A stretch of DNA of 64,000 nucleotides from Octopus sinensis (GCF_006345805.1 NC_043006.1:36952001-37016000); one strand, 5' to 3'. Shown: positions 1 through 12,088, counted from the stretch's first letter. Notes: a model not told the origin generated them from the sequence alone. Program-made: numbers and translations.

Positions 1-59
1 TCAACAGAATTCCACTCTTTACAAGAGTAAAGAGCAGATTCACCTGTAAAAACAATTGC

Positions 60-270
60 TTCAGTTACATACTCATGGAAGACACTCTAATTCGTCTGTC
101 GGCCTGTTAGAAATAGCAGCCAAATTTTCTTCAAACTACACCCCACTATCTTGAAAGAGAGAGAACACGTTGAAAAGTGAAAATCCAGATATTGTAAAAG
201 ACAAGCTTGGTCAATGGTTTGAAAGCTGTCGGTAAATCTGATCGGTCGGGCATGAATTAGGGCACAAAAA
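60..270 (+). mobile_element. Interspersed repeat, local family F (unclassified), CpG-retaining copy
   Basis: 'tagaaatagcagccaaat...' motif recurs in decayed form at ~7160-7560, 11020-11170 (-), 23130-23300, 33410-33480, 36290-36435, 60270-60430, 63110-63200. Confidence 0.55.
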
Positions 271-344
271 GGAAAAAGAAAGTGCTTCAACTTTATGCAA
301 ACATTCAAAATTTGTATGATTTATGGAGAATGAATGGGAGGGAG

Positions 345-362
345 GGGGAGAGAGAGAGAGAG

Positions 363-402
<40 letters not shown>
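345..402. repeat. (GA)n + (GT)n microsatellite
   Basis: Direct inspection. Confidence 0.95.
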
Positions 403-404
<2 letters not shown>

Positions 405-1004
405 TGGACACGCGTGCCTAGACGAAGAAAGGTAAAAGAACTTCACAAAAATAAGTTCAGAAAATGATGTTGCCAACATGCTTTGAAATTCCATCTTTAT
501 GTATTCTGATCAGACTGTCTGTCTCTTTCTCTTTGCAATGCATACACATGCACGCCTATGCACACAAACAAGCGCACATACTTGCTCCCATCAACCCCAT
601 ACACGTGCGAGCGAGCGAGCACACAAGAGCCCCATACGTGCAGAATAAATCTATGCACATAACTAGTTCTGTGCACAATAGGTGTGTGTGTGTGTGTGCA
701 GAGAGAAAAAGAGAGAATGTGTGTGTGTGTGTGTACACAGGTGTATAACACATCACACCAACACCCCTCCTACAGACCCCACAGCTTACAACACCATATA
801 CCGTTAAATAAATAAATAAAATTTCACTAATTTTCCCCAAATGTATATAAAAAAAAATAAACCGTCACAAATAGCAAACCCAATTCGGTTAAAACATAAA
901 ACCCCTTTTCTACTCTCCCTTAAAAATAAAAATAACCCACTTCAAGTACGACGATGACAATACCAGAAGATTCCCCCACCCACCGTCTACACTTCCATCC
1001 TTAC

Positions 1005-1013
1005 CGTCATCTC
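1005..1013 (-). CDS. Candidate 9-nt coding microexon (GAGATGACG; G-D-D in phase 1) of an unidentified minus-strand gene
   Basis: Minus strand reads gggttttttttttag|GAGATGACG|gtaagg: T10 tract + AG, strong GTAAGG donor, length divisible by 3, repeat-free CpG-retaining flanks. Confidence 0.5.
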
Positions 1014-1278
1014 CTAAAAAAAAAACCCTTAATTTATGAAACATGATTACAGGCCAGGTGAATGTTTTCGATGACATCATTTTGAAATATAAACAGCATA
1101 GCCTTGTTAGCATGTGTCTAACCTTAAACTCTGTGTGTGTGTGTGTTCCTGGTGGTGGTGGTGGTGGAGGAGGTCTCTTAGCTTGTACCCCCTCTACATA
1201 CACACTCCTTAAACCGCCCTCTTCCTCTTTTCTCTCTCTCCCTCACACATACATATATATATATACCTCTATGTTTAC

Positions 1279-1347
1279 CTTTTATTAGAAACATGAGCTC
1301 AGCTTGCAACCATTTCGGTGTTGATGCATCAGAAAAGCCAAGAGATG
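1279..1347 (-). CDS. Candidate 69-nt phase 1-1 cassette exon, (A)SLGFSDASTPKWLQAELMFLIK(G)
   Basis: (CT)n-aatctataacag| acceptor, AAG|gtaaac donor; only the phase-1 frame is open. Confidence 0.5.
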
Positions 1348-1359
1348 CTGTTATAGATT

Positions 1360-1740
1360 GAGAGAGAGAGAGAGAGAGGAGCTAATAAAAGACGAGTGAG
1401 GCAGGTAAAAAGAAACGGTGATGGGAAGAGGTGGTAGGTAAGAGAAGTGAGGTCAGAGGTGGGTGTAGCGGTAGGGGGGGAACTGAAAGAGTGAGAAAAG
1501 GGGAGTGTGATGACGGAGTGACTGTAAGGTAGAGACGGATGGATTGCAGAGAAGGGGAGGAGAAGGAGAAATAAAAAAAATAATATAGGGGGTGAGGGGT
1601 GGAGTGGGCAGTAAAGAAAGTAATGAAAGTAGGTGGAAGAAAGAGCAAATGGAGGGGGTGGGGTGAGATGGGACAAAAGATTTTTAAAAAAATGTGATAT
1701 TAGCAAGCAGAGAGGAGGTGAGGTATGTGTGGGGGAAACC
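1360..1740. repeat. Purine-rich low-complexity tract (long pyrimidine-rich tract on the minus strand)
   Basis: About 380 nt mostly G/A on +, directly upstream of the 1347 acceptor on -. Confidence 0.8.
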
Positions 1741-2401
1741 AACGTGACACTTCAAGAGCCTCGATGGGAGACAATACCAGTGGGGACCAGTTGCCCGTAT
1801 CCCTCCCATCCACCTCATCCAGTTAACTCTAAACCCAGATGTTGGAATGAAGGAAAAAGTATGCTGCTAGCTTTAAGCCTGCCTAATTCCGGAGCTGTTA
1901 TTGTTGCTGCCAGTTGCTGTTCATATGTGCACATTCTCGTAGTAGCAGAGGGCGGGAAACATTATCAGATTGTGGAATTGGTTAGACGTTGGAGTGAGCA
2001 TCAGACATAATAATGCCAAGTGGTATCTAGTTATGTCTGGAGTTCAAACCCCACCACAGAGATTGTGATGTTCGGGGGTGGGTGGGGGGGGATCAAACCT
2101 TGCATGTCAAAACAAACCCCCATCTGACCATACATTGTTTTCTTGTGACTTCTGTGCTGCCGTTATCCCATTTCCGGAGGCAAAGACTGGCACAAACCAG
2201 GAGTCAGTGCCACTACTAGTGTCCTAGGCTGTGATCCTTTGCCCTCCACTGCCCCTGAGACACCAGCTTGTGGCCAGATATGTGGTACAGTAATCCCACG
2301 ACTATTGTGGGTGTTACGTTCCAAACCCCAACCTGTGACAGGTGGAAATCCACAAAGTAGAAATAGTACTGTATATTTTTAAAATTTATTTTTATAATTC
2401 G

Positions 2402-2453
<52 letters not shown>

Positions 2454-2538
2454 ATTATTATTATTATAATGCAAAACAACACCAAAGAGGAATCAATGTA
2501 AGCATAGATAATAACCCGCAATATGGCAAGGAATTTAC

Positions 2539-2603
2539 TACACACCAACTCAGCCTGTTGCTTTGACTTGTCTTCATAAACCAGGCACAAACCTTTATAT
2601 GTC
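2539..2603 (-). CDS. Candidate 65-nt exon, phase 2-1, TYKGLCLVYEDKSKQQAELVC
   Basis: Long pyrimidine tract ending ccttctctcag|; donor GTA|gtaaat is weak. Confidence 0.3.
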
Positions 2604-2727
2604 CTGAGAGAAGGTGAATATGAGAGAAGAAACCAAAGAATGAGGGTAGAGGAGAGAAAGAAAGGAATGAAGGAAGAAAAGGAAAGAAATACATATTTAT
2701 TACACTGACACCCTGCTCTCCCCTCCT

Positions 2728-3062
2728 TTAACCCTTGAGTGTTCAGATTACTCTGCTTTTTCACTCAAATTGTTTTGAATTAATCGTGTATTATCTCCTA
2801 GCTTTGAAGTTTCAATATCATCATTTAACATCTGTGTTCCATGCTAGCATGGGTGGGACAGTACCACAAAATTCAGCCAGGCCAAAGGATTTTTACAGCT
2901 GGATGCCCTTCCTAACACCAACCACTCAGCAGAGTGGACAATTATTTATTTTTAGAATGACAATGTAGTTTAGGTATGAGAGGCTAGATATGGCTAGTTT
3001 GAATATAAAACGTGTAGAGTATTTGGGGGCAGGTATGACCAGTCTAAACATGAAAGGGTTAA
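2728..3062. mobile_element. piggyBac-type MITE (TTAA-CCCT...AGGG-TTAA) with a nested family D fragment at ~2818-2940
   Basis: ttaa|ccct at 2728-2735 and aggg|ttaa at 3055-3062; internal sequence matches copies at 13349 and 39513. Confidence 0.75.
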
Positions 3063-3149
3063 AAAGGAGAATAGGGCATCAATTAATCAAGGAGTAAATG
3101 TTAAAACTGAGTGCTATGAAACCATTCATTCATCCAATTCTCATTGTAT

Positions 3150-3690
3150 CTTGTGGCACTTGAAGCGACAGCAAAATCATTCCACCTTCTAACACTGAAA
3201 GTGTCCTTGACAGCTTGTTCCATTGTTAACCCTCTGCTTTTAAGATCTTTTGCTATTGTTTTCCACCACATCTTTTACCTTGTGGAACTCACTGCGAAGT
3301 GATCTTGACAGCTGAGTTCAGTTTATAGCGACAAACTCGACCCAACCGTTTCCACCTCCTTATTAAGTTCTTCATTCTCTATGGAGCATAGGCCATTAAC
3401 AACTCCTCCCCACTGTTCTCAACTCAGGGCTATCCACTCCCAAGTCTTGCTGGTATTGAATTGTCATTGATGTAAGTTTGCTTTTTCTAGATAAAGGTAT
3501 TGGCCTTAAGCAAACCCATTTTTACGTTTGGGAAGAGGTTGTCCCTATTAGCCTGGCTCCAATTCTTTGATCTAACCAGTATGAGAGGCCATTCCAGGAG
3601 ATTGCACTCTGCTGGCATAGATCCCTGAATTACTGAGCAACACAGCCCACCACACTGCAATGAGAACTGGATATTGTGATGGACTGGTCT
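3150..3690 (-). mobile_element. Degraded LINE remnants (possible CR1-like end ~3150-3300; RTE-like 5'UTR + 3' end ~3345-3690)
   Basis: Minus strand gives 'FSVRRWN'-like and 'tggcctatgctccatagagaa' RTE-tail-like motifs; heavily decayed. Confidence 0.3.
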
Positions 3691-4073
3691 ATCTTGGATG
3701 TGTATATTAACATCTTAGATTATACTAAACATGCACACACAGAGAATGTCATCATCATATAATGCCCATTTTCCATTCTGGCATGGGTTGGACAGTTTGA
3801 TATGGAGCTGGCCAGACTCCAATTGTCTGCTGTGGCAGTGTTTGTATGGCTGGATGCCCTTCCTAACACCCCTATAAATATGTGTGTGTAAGAGAAACAT
3901 AAATATCACATATAGCAAAGAAAATGAAAGCAAAGCCAACATTGGTACAATTTGAACTCAGAACTTGTGGTCTTTCATTTCAATTAACTGAAATGAAGTT
4001 TGACCCTCTTCAGTCTCTGCCAGCCACCACCACCATCCTAATATAATGAAAATATCTAACAAACTATAATTGG

Positions 4074-4111
<38 letters not shown>

Positions 4112-5211
4112 TAGTTTAAACTTCTGCAAGTAAGTTTGATGTGCATACATACACACACATAGATAGACATGACTGCATACATAACCCTATAAATCTACAC
4201 ACACACACAACACAAAGAGAAATATTTGGCTAAAACTTATTTGATTATAGACATCACTGTTGACCTGGAAAATCTTTAATTATTGAAATCAGTAATGTAA
4301 AGAAAAAGATCGAGAAAGGAAAACAGCATAAGCTGGCAGAGGGCGATGGAGAAGAGAAGACGGAGACAGGGATGAGGGTGGGGGTAGGACAGAGTGAGCA
4401 TCTGTGTGTCTGTGTGCCTGCATGGATTCATGAATAAATTTATGGAATTGGAGAGAAGGATGGTGGTGGTGGTGGTGACAGTGATGGCAGAGGCAAATTA
4501 ATCAAAAGTTAACATAATGGAAGGAAAAAAGATGCAAATGTATGCAAAGTCAAACTGTTTTCTTTATTTACTAAAGAAACTTCACATATATACATATACA
4601 TATATATGTGTGTGTGTGTATATAGATATGTATATGTATATACATACACATGCATTAATATCAATGTACATACATATACAAATATGTATGTATATGTATG
4701 ATGCACACAAATTTCTTTTCTTCCTATCATTATTCTTATTATCATCATCATCATCATCAACAGCAGCATTATTATATATGCAAAGAAAATATTTTTCACA
4801 TTATCATCATATTTACCATTATTACTTATGCAAGAAACTGCAGACACACACACACACACTTATTATCATTTACTGCAAATATTGAATTTAATAATACAAT
4901 CATCATCGTCGTTGTCGTTATTGATTAATCAGAAAACATCAACAATAGTGCCACCAAACTCTCAATAACTTAAAGATCAATAAATTCAAAACAGTGAAAT
5001 AAGGTAATGTATTTGAAGGTAAAAAAAGGAAACGAACAATCTATAAACCTGTATGCCAACATGTGTGTGTATGTGTATGCCTATGTACAAGTGTCCCCGT
5101 CCCCTCAAACTGATATTCAATGCATCCAACTCAACTCCCGTCTCTATCATCCGTCACGTAGTGTTCACATTGTAGCGCATTTACCAGCCCATATTTCCTG
5201 TTTGTTTAGCC

Positions 5212-5753
5212 CAGTGGTTCTCAACCGAGGTCGGTTCACATGATCCTTGGAAGTCCACACAAGATTTTGTTGCCAAAGTTTATGTACAATGAATTAATTA
5301 TACTTCAAAATAAAAATAAAGCATCTGTCTTGAGCTCTATTGACTCGAAAGGGCTGGTTTCCCAGTTTTTGTGACACACACACACACATATATTTATCCC
5401 TTTGATTAGATGCCGACCCATTGTAGGATTACTCACTTTTGCCAGCTGAGTGGACAGGGCTAACGTGAAATGAAGTTTTTTGCTCAAGAACACAACGCAT
5501 TGCTTGGTCCAGGGATTGAAACTGCAATCTTACAATCATGAGTCCAACACCCTAACCACAGCACAACACGCCTCCACTGGGTACACATCTGCAACACACA
5601 AAATATTTTAACCAATTTTTTATACCATGCCAAATAATATTTAATTATAAAAATATAACGGGGTGTCTTAAACTATGAATGGCTATGGGGGTCCAGTTGA
5701 GTAAAATACAAAATAAAGGGGTCCATAGGCAAGAAAATGTCTAAGAACCACAG
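5212..5753. mobile_element. hAT/Charlie-type MITE with a nested SINE (~5330-5580)
   Basis: TIR cagtggttctcaacc ... ctaagaaccacag; flanks gtttagcc / ttttaccc match 6/8 (candidate 8-bp TSD). Confidence 0.7.
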
Positions 5754-6137
5754 TTTTACCCCATTCCCTCTTTCATAGTCACTATGTACCTCAACCTCAC
5801 ATCTATTTCTCTCTCTCTCTCTTCAGATGGGCAAGCTATGCATTCACCTCTCTTAGCAAGACACCTGCTCCTGTCCCCTCTATTATACTTTCATATCCCT
5901 TGATACTCTACACCACTCAGTGAAGGAGTCTTGTTTTGTAAGTTACTTGGTGACCTCACTTGTGTTAGTGCCACATAAAAAGCACTTAGTGCATTCTGTT
6001 AAGCAGTTGGCATTAGGAGGACCATCCAGCCTCAGTAACTGTGCCAAAGCAGACATTAGAGGTCAGCATGGGCCTCTAGCTCATCAGTTCATACCGAATC
6101 ATCCAAACTATGTCAGTATGGAAAACAGACATTAAAC

Positions 6138-6179
<42 letters not shown>

Positions 6180-6188
6180 TCATTATCA

Positions 6189-6227
<39 letters not shown>

Positions 6228-6361
6228 CATCATCATCATTATCATCTATATATATATATACATATAGTAAATCTAAAAAAGAACAAACACAAAAAAACAA
6301 CAATACGAGGATGTGGTACATGTAATGTATTAGCAGATGCTCAAGAGAGGAAAGAAAGATG

Positions 6362-6397
6362 GTTTAATGTTTTGAGCAGATGCTCTTCTTCGGAAAT
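6362..6397 (-). ncRNA. Degenerate minimal type-I hammerhead motif in a Penelope-like repeat
   Basis: ATTT CCGAAGA A GAGC atct GCTC AAA ACAT T AAAC; two CpG transitions break GAA and ACGT. Confidence 0.55.
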
Positions 6398-6573
6398 AGA
6401 GGAAAGTCCTATAGAAGGGAAGATGGAGGAAAAAATATCGCCAACGATTCACATGTGGTTACATATCTATATTAAATATAATATGTGACAATTAATCGGT
6501 TGCCATGATAAAACTACATAATATCGAGGTCTCTTTCATTCTTTTGTTGTCTTACCATTACTATTAATATATA

Positions 6574-6713
6574 TAATTATATTAAGGGAGAAAGTTGAAC
6601 CATGACTTTCCTCCTCCATGCTGAATCAATGTCTAAACATTACATTATCTTCAGACATTCATTCAGCATGGAAGAGAAAAGTCAGATTTTGATTCTCTCT
6701 CTTAATATAATTA
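6574..6713. repeat. ~140-bp imperfect inverted repeat (foldback)
   Basis: taattatattaaggga...ccatgctgaat / attcagcatgg...cttaatataatta. Confidence 0.8.
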
Positions 6714-6810
6714 TTAATTTGATATATAAATTGCTTATAAATTTTTATTTCATGCTGACTATTTGACAATAATCACCAACGTGATTTTTATCCTTATTTT
6801 ATGTAAATAT

Positions 6811-6851
<41 letters not shown>

Positions 6852-8289
6852 CACACACACGTGTGTATATGGCCTTGTGCAGAGGACAAAGGTGAACACG
6901 AAGTGCACTTAGCTTAAAGAGTTTTGAAGAGCTCATTCAGGTGTGTGTGTGTGTGTGTGTGTTTGGTGTGTGTGGTGAGAAATAATTTATGGAAGAGGCA
7001 TGGTTTACAACATGTCAAATGAGTAACCCAGAGATCAGTACAATCCAAAAGACCTAAGCACTGCTTGCCTTCTCGAGGAGTGGTAAATTTGCTACACTAA
7101 TTAACCTCCTCTTGCATAATTAAAGAAAAACAAACAAAAACCTATACATACACACAGCACATACTGAAGCAACTAGGAAACCTCTAAGTGGTTAGAAATA
7201 ACTGGCTAGAAATAACAGCAGAATCTCTGTCCCATACCACCTAAAAAGGGGAAGGATACATTAAATAATAATGTTCTAGATATAGCATAACTGAAAAAAA
7301 AAAAGGAGAGTTAGTCATGCCCAGATTGCCTTTGATCATGTGTTTGATCTGGGGTTAAGCTACAACATCAACTATAGCTGAATTGAACCAATATGGAAGC
7401 CTATACATGATTGCTTGCCCTGCTAGAATATCAGCTACATCTTCCTCAAATTGCATCTTACACTTTAAGCCAAGGGCGTTAAATCATGTAGTCCCATGTA
7501 ATCCTCAAAAGACAGGATGGTCATAGCACAAATGTCTTTAATCATAGATCTACTGACTATTAATTTTTCTAGGACCAGAGAAAATACACGTCAACAACTT
7601 CTCTCCGTACACTTATTCACCTGAATGTGATGAACATACAACAGAAAGCTGCTTATTGACTTTAGTTCCATATGCAAGACTTTTGAAATTTTAAGATAAA
7701 TGTTGAAGTTGGAATGTTGAATTTCTGACTCACAGGCAATTAAATCCATCAGGTTAGGTAACTATCACGTCAGCAGAATACTATAAAGATGTGTACTGAG
7801 TCGCATACTGGCACTCCGTCAGTTTCGATTACATGGATTCCAGGTGATTTGATCAACAGAACAGCCTTCTCATGAAATTAATGTGCAAGTGGTTGAGCAC
7901 TCCACAGACATGTGTACCCCTAATGTAGTTCCCACGCTTGAATGATGCTTTTTACATGCCAGCCAGGCAGCACTGGCATCGACCATACTCGAAAGGTGCT
8001 TTTTATATGCCACTTGCAGAGATGCCAGCCAGGCAGCACTGGCATTGACCATGCTCCAATGACTTATCATTTAATATATCTACATTTCCATGCTCACATA
8101 TTTGGATGGAGATTTTGTTGAGGCAGATTTTCTAGTCAGATGCCCTTCCTGTCACCAACTCACACCTACTTTCAAACATGGTCAGACATGTTTCCTTAAG
8201 GCCAGACATGTTCTCAAAGAAGATCAGAAATGAATGATACTGCTTGCATGACAGTGACACTCGCTTACAACTATCACATGATATCAAAG

Positions 8290-8580
8290 CCTTGTGAGTG
8301 GATTCAGTAGATGGAAACCGAAAGTGGCCCATCGTATAGGTAAGTACGTATGTAGATACGTACGTACATATGTATATATATTTATGTGTGTTTGTCACCC
8401 CACACTGTCACTGGTGTTTCCATGTCCCTGTAACTCAGCGGTTTGGTAAAAGAGACCGCTGAAGTAAGTAACAGGCTTACAAAGAATAAGTCCTGGGGGC
8501 GATTTCTTCAACTAAAACCCGTCAAGGCAGTGCTCCAGCATGGCAACAGTCAAATGACTGAAACAAGTAAAAGAATAAAA
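8290..8580 (+). mobile_element. tRNA-derived SINE family A, 3' half
   Basis: Body and tail '...ctccagcatgg...gactgaaacaagtaaaagaa' shared with many copies in the window. Confidence 0.85.
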
Positions 8581-8627
8581 CATTATTTACATTTGATGGA
8601 TATTAGTCCTCATCTTGTTTGTTGTTA

Positions 8628-8668
8628 ACACATTTCGGCTGATATACCCTCCAGCCTTCATCAGGTGT
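8628..8668 (-). ncRNA. Type-I hammerhead motif, copy A (core and stem II perfect; 3-nt deletion in stem III/cleavage site)
   Basis: ACAC CTGATGA A GGCTG gagggtatat CAGCC GAAA TGTGT. Confidence 0.7.
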
Positions 8669-8728
8669 CTTAGGGGAAATTTCGAACCTGGGTTCTCATT
8701 CCTAAGATATTTTTCGATGTTGTTGTTG

Positions 8729-8779
<51 letters not shown>

Positions 8780-8905
8780 TCATTGCCTGGAATTGAACTT
8801 GGAATCTTGGGGTTAGTTTGATTCCAGGCAGTGACCTGAATAACAACAACAACAACATCGGAAAATACCTTAGGAGCGAGAACCCAGGTTCGAAATTTCC
8901 CCAAG

Positions 8906-8949
8906 ACACATGATGAAAGATGGAGGGTATATCAGCCGAAATGTTGTGT
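8906..8949 (+). ncRNA. Type-I hammerhead motif, copy B (C3>A, stem II mismatches, ACGT>ATGT)
   Basis: ACAC ATGATGA A AGATG gagggtatat CAGCC GAA ATGT T GTGT. Confidence 0.65.
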
Positions 8950-9639
8950 TAACAACAAATAAGATGAGGACAAATATCCGTCAAATGTAAATAATGTACA
9001 TAATTCCTCATCTCTTAAATATAGAACTGTATTAAAAGAATAAAGACTAAAAGAATAGCAGCTAAAATACAACAAGAGCTCTACTCTATTGCTCAACCAA
9101 TTCTATCAGTCCACACCCATCAGCCTTGAATGAACTGATAATGTAGTAGTAATAAGATTATGATGAATCACATACAGATGTCCAAAGACATGGAATAGCA
9201 TCATTAAAAGCAGAGATAGGGGCAGCAGCTGTGAGGTAGCTGCTGTGTAGCAGCTCAATAGAACAGATTTGTTTGCAAATATTATCATCCTCGTCCAATG
9301 CAGGAGTAGTCATCTGTTGAGAGCAATTGTTGGCACCACTCTTTTATCCTTTAGCTTTCACTTGTTTTAGTTATTGATTTGCAACCATGCTGCAGCACCA
9401 CCTTGAAAGGTTTTAAACAAATCGAGTGCAATACTTCAGTTTTTCTAAGCCTGGCACTTATTCTATTGGTCTCTTTTGCCGAACGACTAAGTTACGGGGA
9501 CATAAACAAACCAACACTGGTTGCCAAGCTGCAGTGGAGTGGCAACAAATACACGCACAAAGATATCTCATCACTAAATAAACATTCCTCATTATAAATA
9601 TCAAGTGGATCATTACTTTGTATTTCAAACCTTTTAATG

Positions 9640-10425
9640 TAATTACTCTTTGCTCCTTTGCTGGTTTCAGTCATTAGACTACAGCCATGCTGGAGCACTG
9701 CCTTTAGTCAAACTAATCAATCCCAGGACTTATTCTTTGTAAGCCTAGTACTTATTCTATTGGTCTCTTTTGCTGAACCACTAAGTTACGGGGATGTAAA
9801 TATACCAACATCAGTTGTCAAGTGATGGTGGAGGGGACAAACACAGACACACAAATACATTCATACACACACACACACACACGTGTGTGTGTGTGAGACG
9901 GGCTTTCAGTTTTCAGCTACCAAATCCACTCATGAAGCTTTTGTCAGCCCAAGGCTATAGTAAAAGACACTTGCCCAAGGTGCCACACACTGGGACTGAA
10001 CCTGGAACCATGTGGCTGAGAAGCAAGCTTCTTACCACACAGCCACTCTTGCACCTATCAGGCACAAGGATTTTTTTACCCCATCATTTTAGTCATAGAG
10101 GCCGTGGCACTGGCTTCAAGAATTTTTAATGGAATGAACAAACCCCATTACTTATATATTTTTATACCATGTACTTATTCTGTCAATCTCTTTTGCTGAA
10201 CTTCTTATTCATGGGGACATAAACACACTAACATCAGTTGTCAACACACATACATGCACCAGGCTTCTTTCATTTCCTGTCTTCGACCAAATCCACTGAC
10301 AAGGCTTTGGTCAGCTCAAGGCTTATAGTAGAAGATACTTGCCCATGGTGCAATACAGTAGGACTGAACCTGGAATCATGTGGTTTGGAAGCAAGCTTTT
10401 TACCATGCAGCCACATCTGCACCTA
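9640..10425 (-). mobile_element. Two adjacent family A SINE copies
   Basis: Reverse-complement A/B-box heads at ~9990-10045 and ~10365-10420 with family A bodies and tails. Confidence 0.85.
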
Positions 10426-11318
10426 AGGTATATCTAAATACTAAATTAAGAATTTAAATGCATCAAATAACATTTTTTTAGAAATATATCTTTCAAAAAT
10501 GGTGTCTACTTTTGTGATGACTGTGTGTGTGTGTGTGTATACATATATACACACACACACACACGTATATATTATATATATTACATACACACATATATAT
10601 ATACATACATGTGCATGTATATATACACGTGTGTGTGTGTGTGTGTGTGTGTATACATGTGCATGTATATATACATACACTTCCACACAGTAGTTAACCA
10701 AATTCACTCACAGGGCATTGGTAAGCTTGAGGCTATAGTGAAAGACACTCGCCTGAGGTATCCCACACTGAGACTGAACTCAAAGCCACATGGTTACAAA
10801 GACAGCTTCATAACCACAGAGCTATGCCTAAGTGGAAAATGCAAATATTATATATTTTATTACTGCTATTCTCAAATATATTAATTGCACATGGTAATTA
10901 TTATAAATTAGCAGTAATTAATTGTGTTTATAAAACAAACATAAACACAAAGAGATTTAATGGAATGCAGAACAACACACAGTTATTGTCGAGAAGTCAC
11001 GTTTACCTGTAGCAGTATAGTTGAGTCTGAGGCCATCCTTGATTGAGCAGAATAAGACTATAGCCATAGCCATTCCAGTCATGACCAACCTGTTTTTCAG
11101 TTTATCCAGAATTATGGTAGGACATGAAATGAGAGGAGTTTTGGCTGCTATGTCTAGCAGGTTTAATGACCTCATAAAAGTTTCTTTGATAGTTTGACTG
11201 AAACAGTGTGTATAAACACACACATAATATATATACATACACACACACACATGGTGATAGGAAACAGGGATTGAAGAAATGCAGCTGAATACCTCAGTCA
11301 GCACTCAATGTAGAAAAC

Positions 11319-11432
11319 CTGGCGAATAGTAAAAGAATGCCAAGCGAGGAATACAGGAATTCGTGTTGGTTAAATGCACCAGGCAATCTATACAAGCTAT
11401 AAATCTGAGGTTATTCACCAATTGATTGAATG
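11319..11432 (-). CDS. Weak candidate 114-nt phase 1-1 exon, (A)[37 protein letters not shown](G)
   Basis: Good acceptor ttttttttgtctgc...ttcctgcag|; weak donor CAG|gttttc; one open frame; CpGs retained. Confidence 0.25.
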
Positions 11433-11524
11433 CTGCAGGAATCACAGAGTACAATAGCAGACAAAAAAAAATTCAAGTTATGTAACAACAGTCTCCAATT
11501 TTCTCTTTGTTGTCTGATTTTATA

Positions 11525-11537
11525 TGTACATACATAT

Positions 11538-11570
<33 letters not shown>

Positions 11571-11917
11571 CACATATATATAATATATACATATATATAT
11601 ATATATATACATAATATATATATACATACATATATATATACATACATATATATATACATATATACATATATATATATACATATATATATATACATATATA
11701 ATATATATATATACATATTATATATATATACATATATTATATACATATATATATATATAATATATACATATATATAATACATATTATATATATACATTAT
11801 ATATATATACATACATATATATATTATATACATATATATATACATATATATATACATATTATATATATATACATATATACATATATACACATATATATAC
11901 ATATATATATATATAAC

Positions 11918-11948
<31 letters not shown>

Positions 11949-12088
11949 CATATATAACATATATATATATACACATATATATATATATACACATAATATA
12001 TATATACACATATATATATACATATATATATATATATACATATATATAATACATACATATATATATACATACATATATATATTGTTAT
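11525..12088. repeat. Compound (TA)n/(TACA)n microsatellite, ~560 bp
   Basis: Direct inspection; source of the YIYI/MCIY ORFs. Confidence 0.95.

Larger units (their letters stand above)
8581..9031. mobile_element. Head-to-head inverted pair of a tRNA-headed, hammerhead-containing short retroelement
   Basis: Left arm (8581-~8818, minus) is the reverse complement of the right arm (~8819-9031, plus); same sequence as 47075-47304. Confidence 0.85.

Noticed and set aside
5185-5197. 13-nt exon candidate with a good GTAAAT donor
   Set aside because: No pyrimidine tract, frame-shifting length, abuts a MITE
9176-9313. 138-nt open phase 0-0 segment with AG/GT ends (MTTPALDEDD...)
   Set aside because: Poor pyrimidine tract, phase does not fit neighbouring candidates, peptide not recognisable
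10957-11304. 115-aa ORF with a strong CAG|gtaaac donor at ~11007
   Set aside because: Most of the putative exon is a reverse copy of repeat family F
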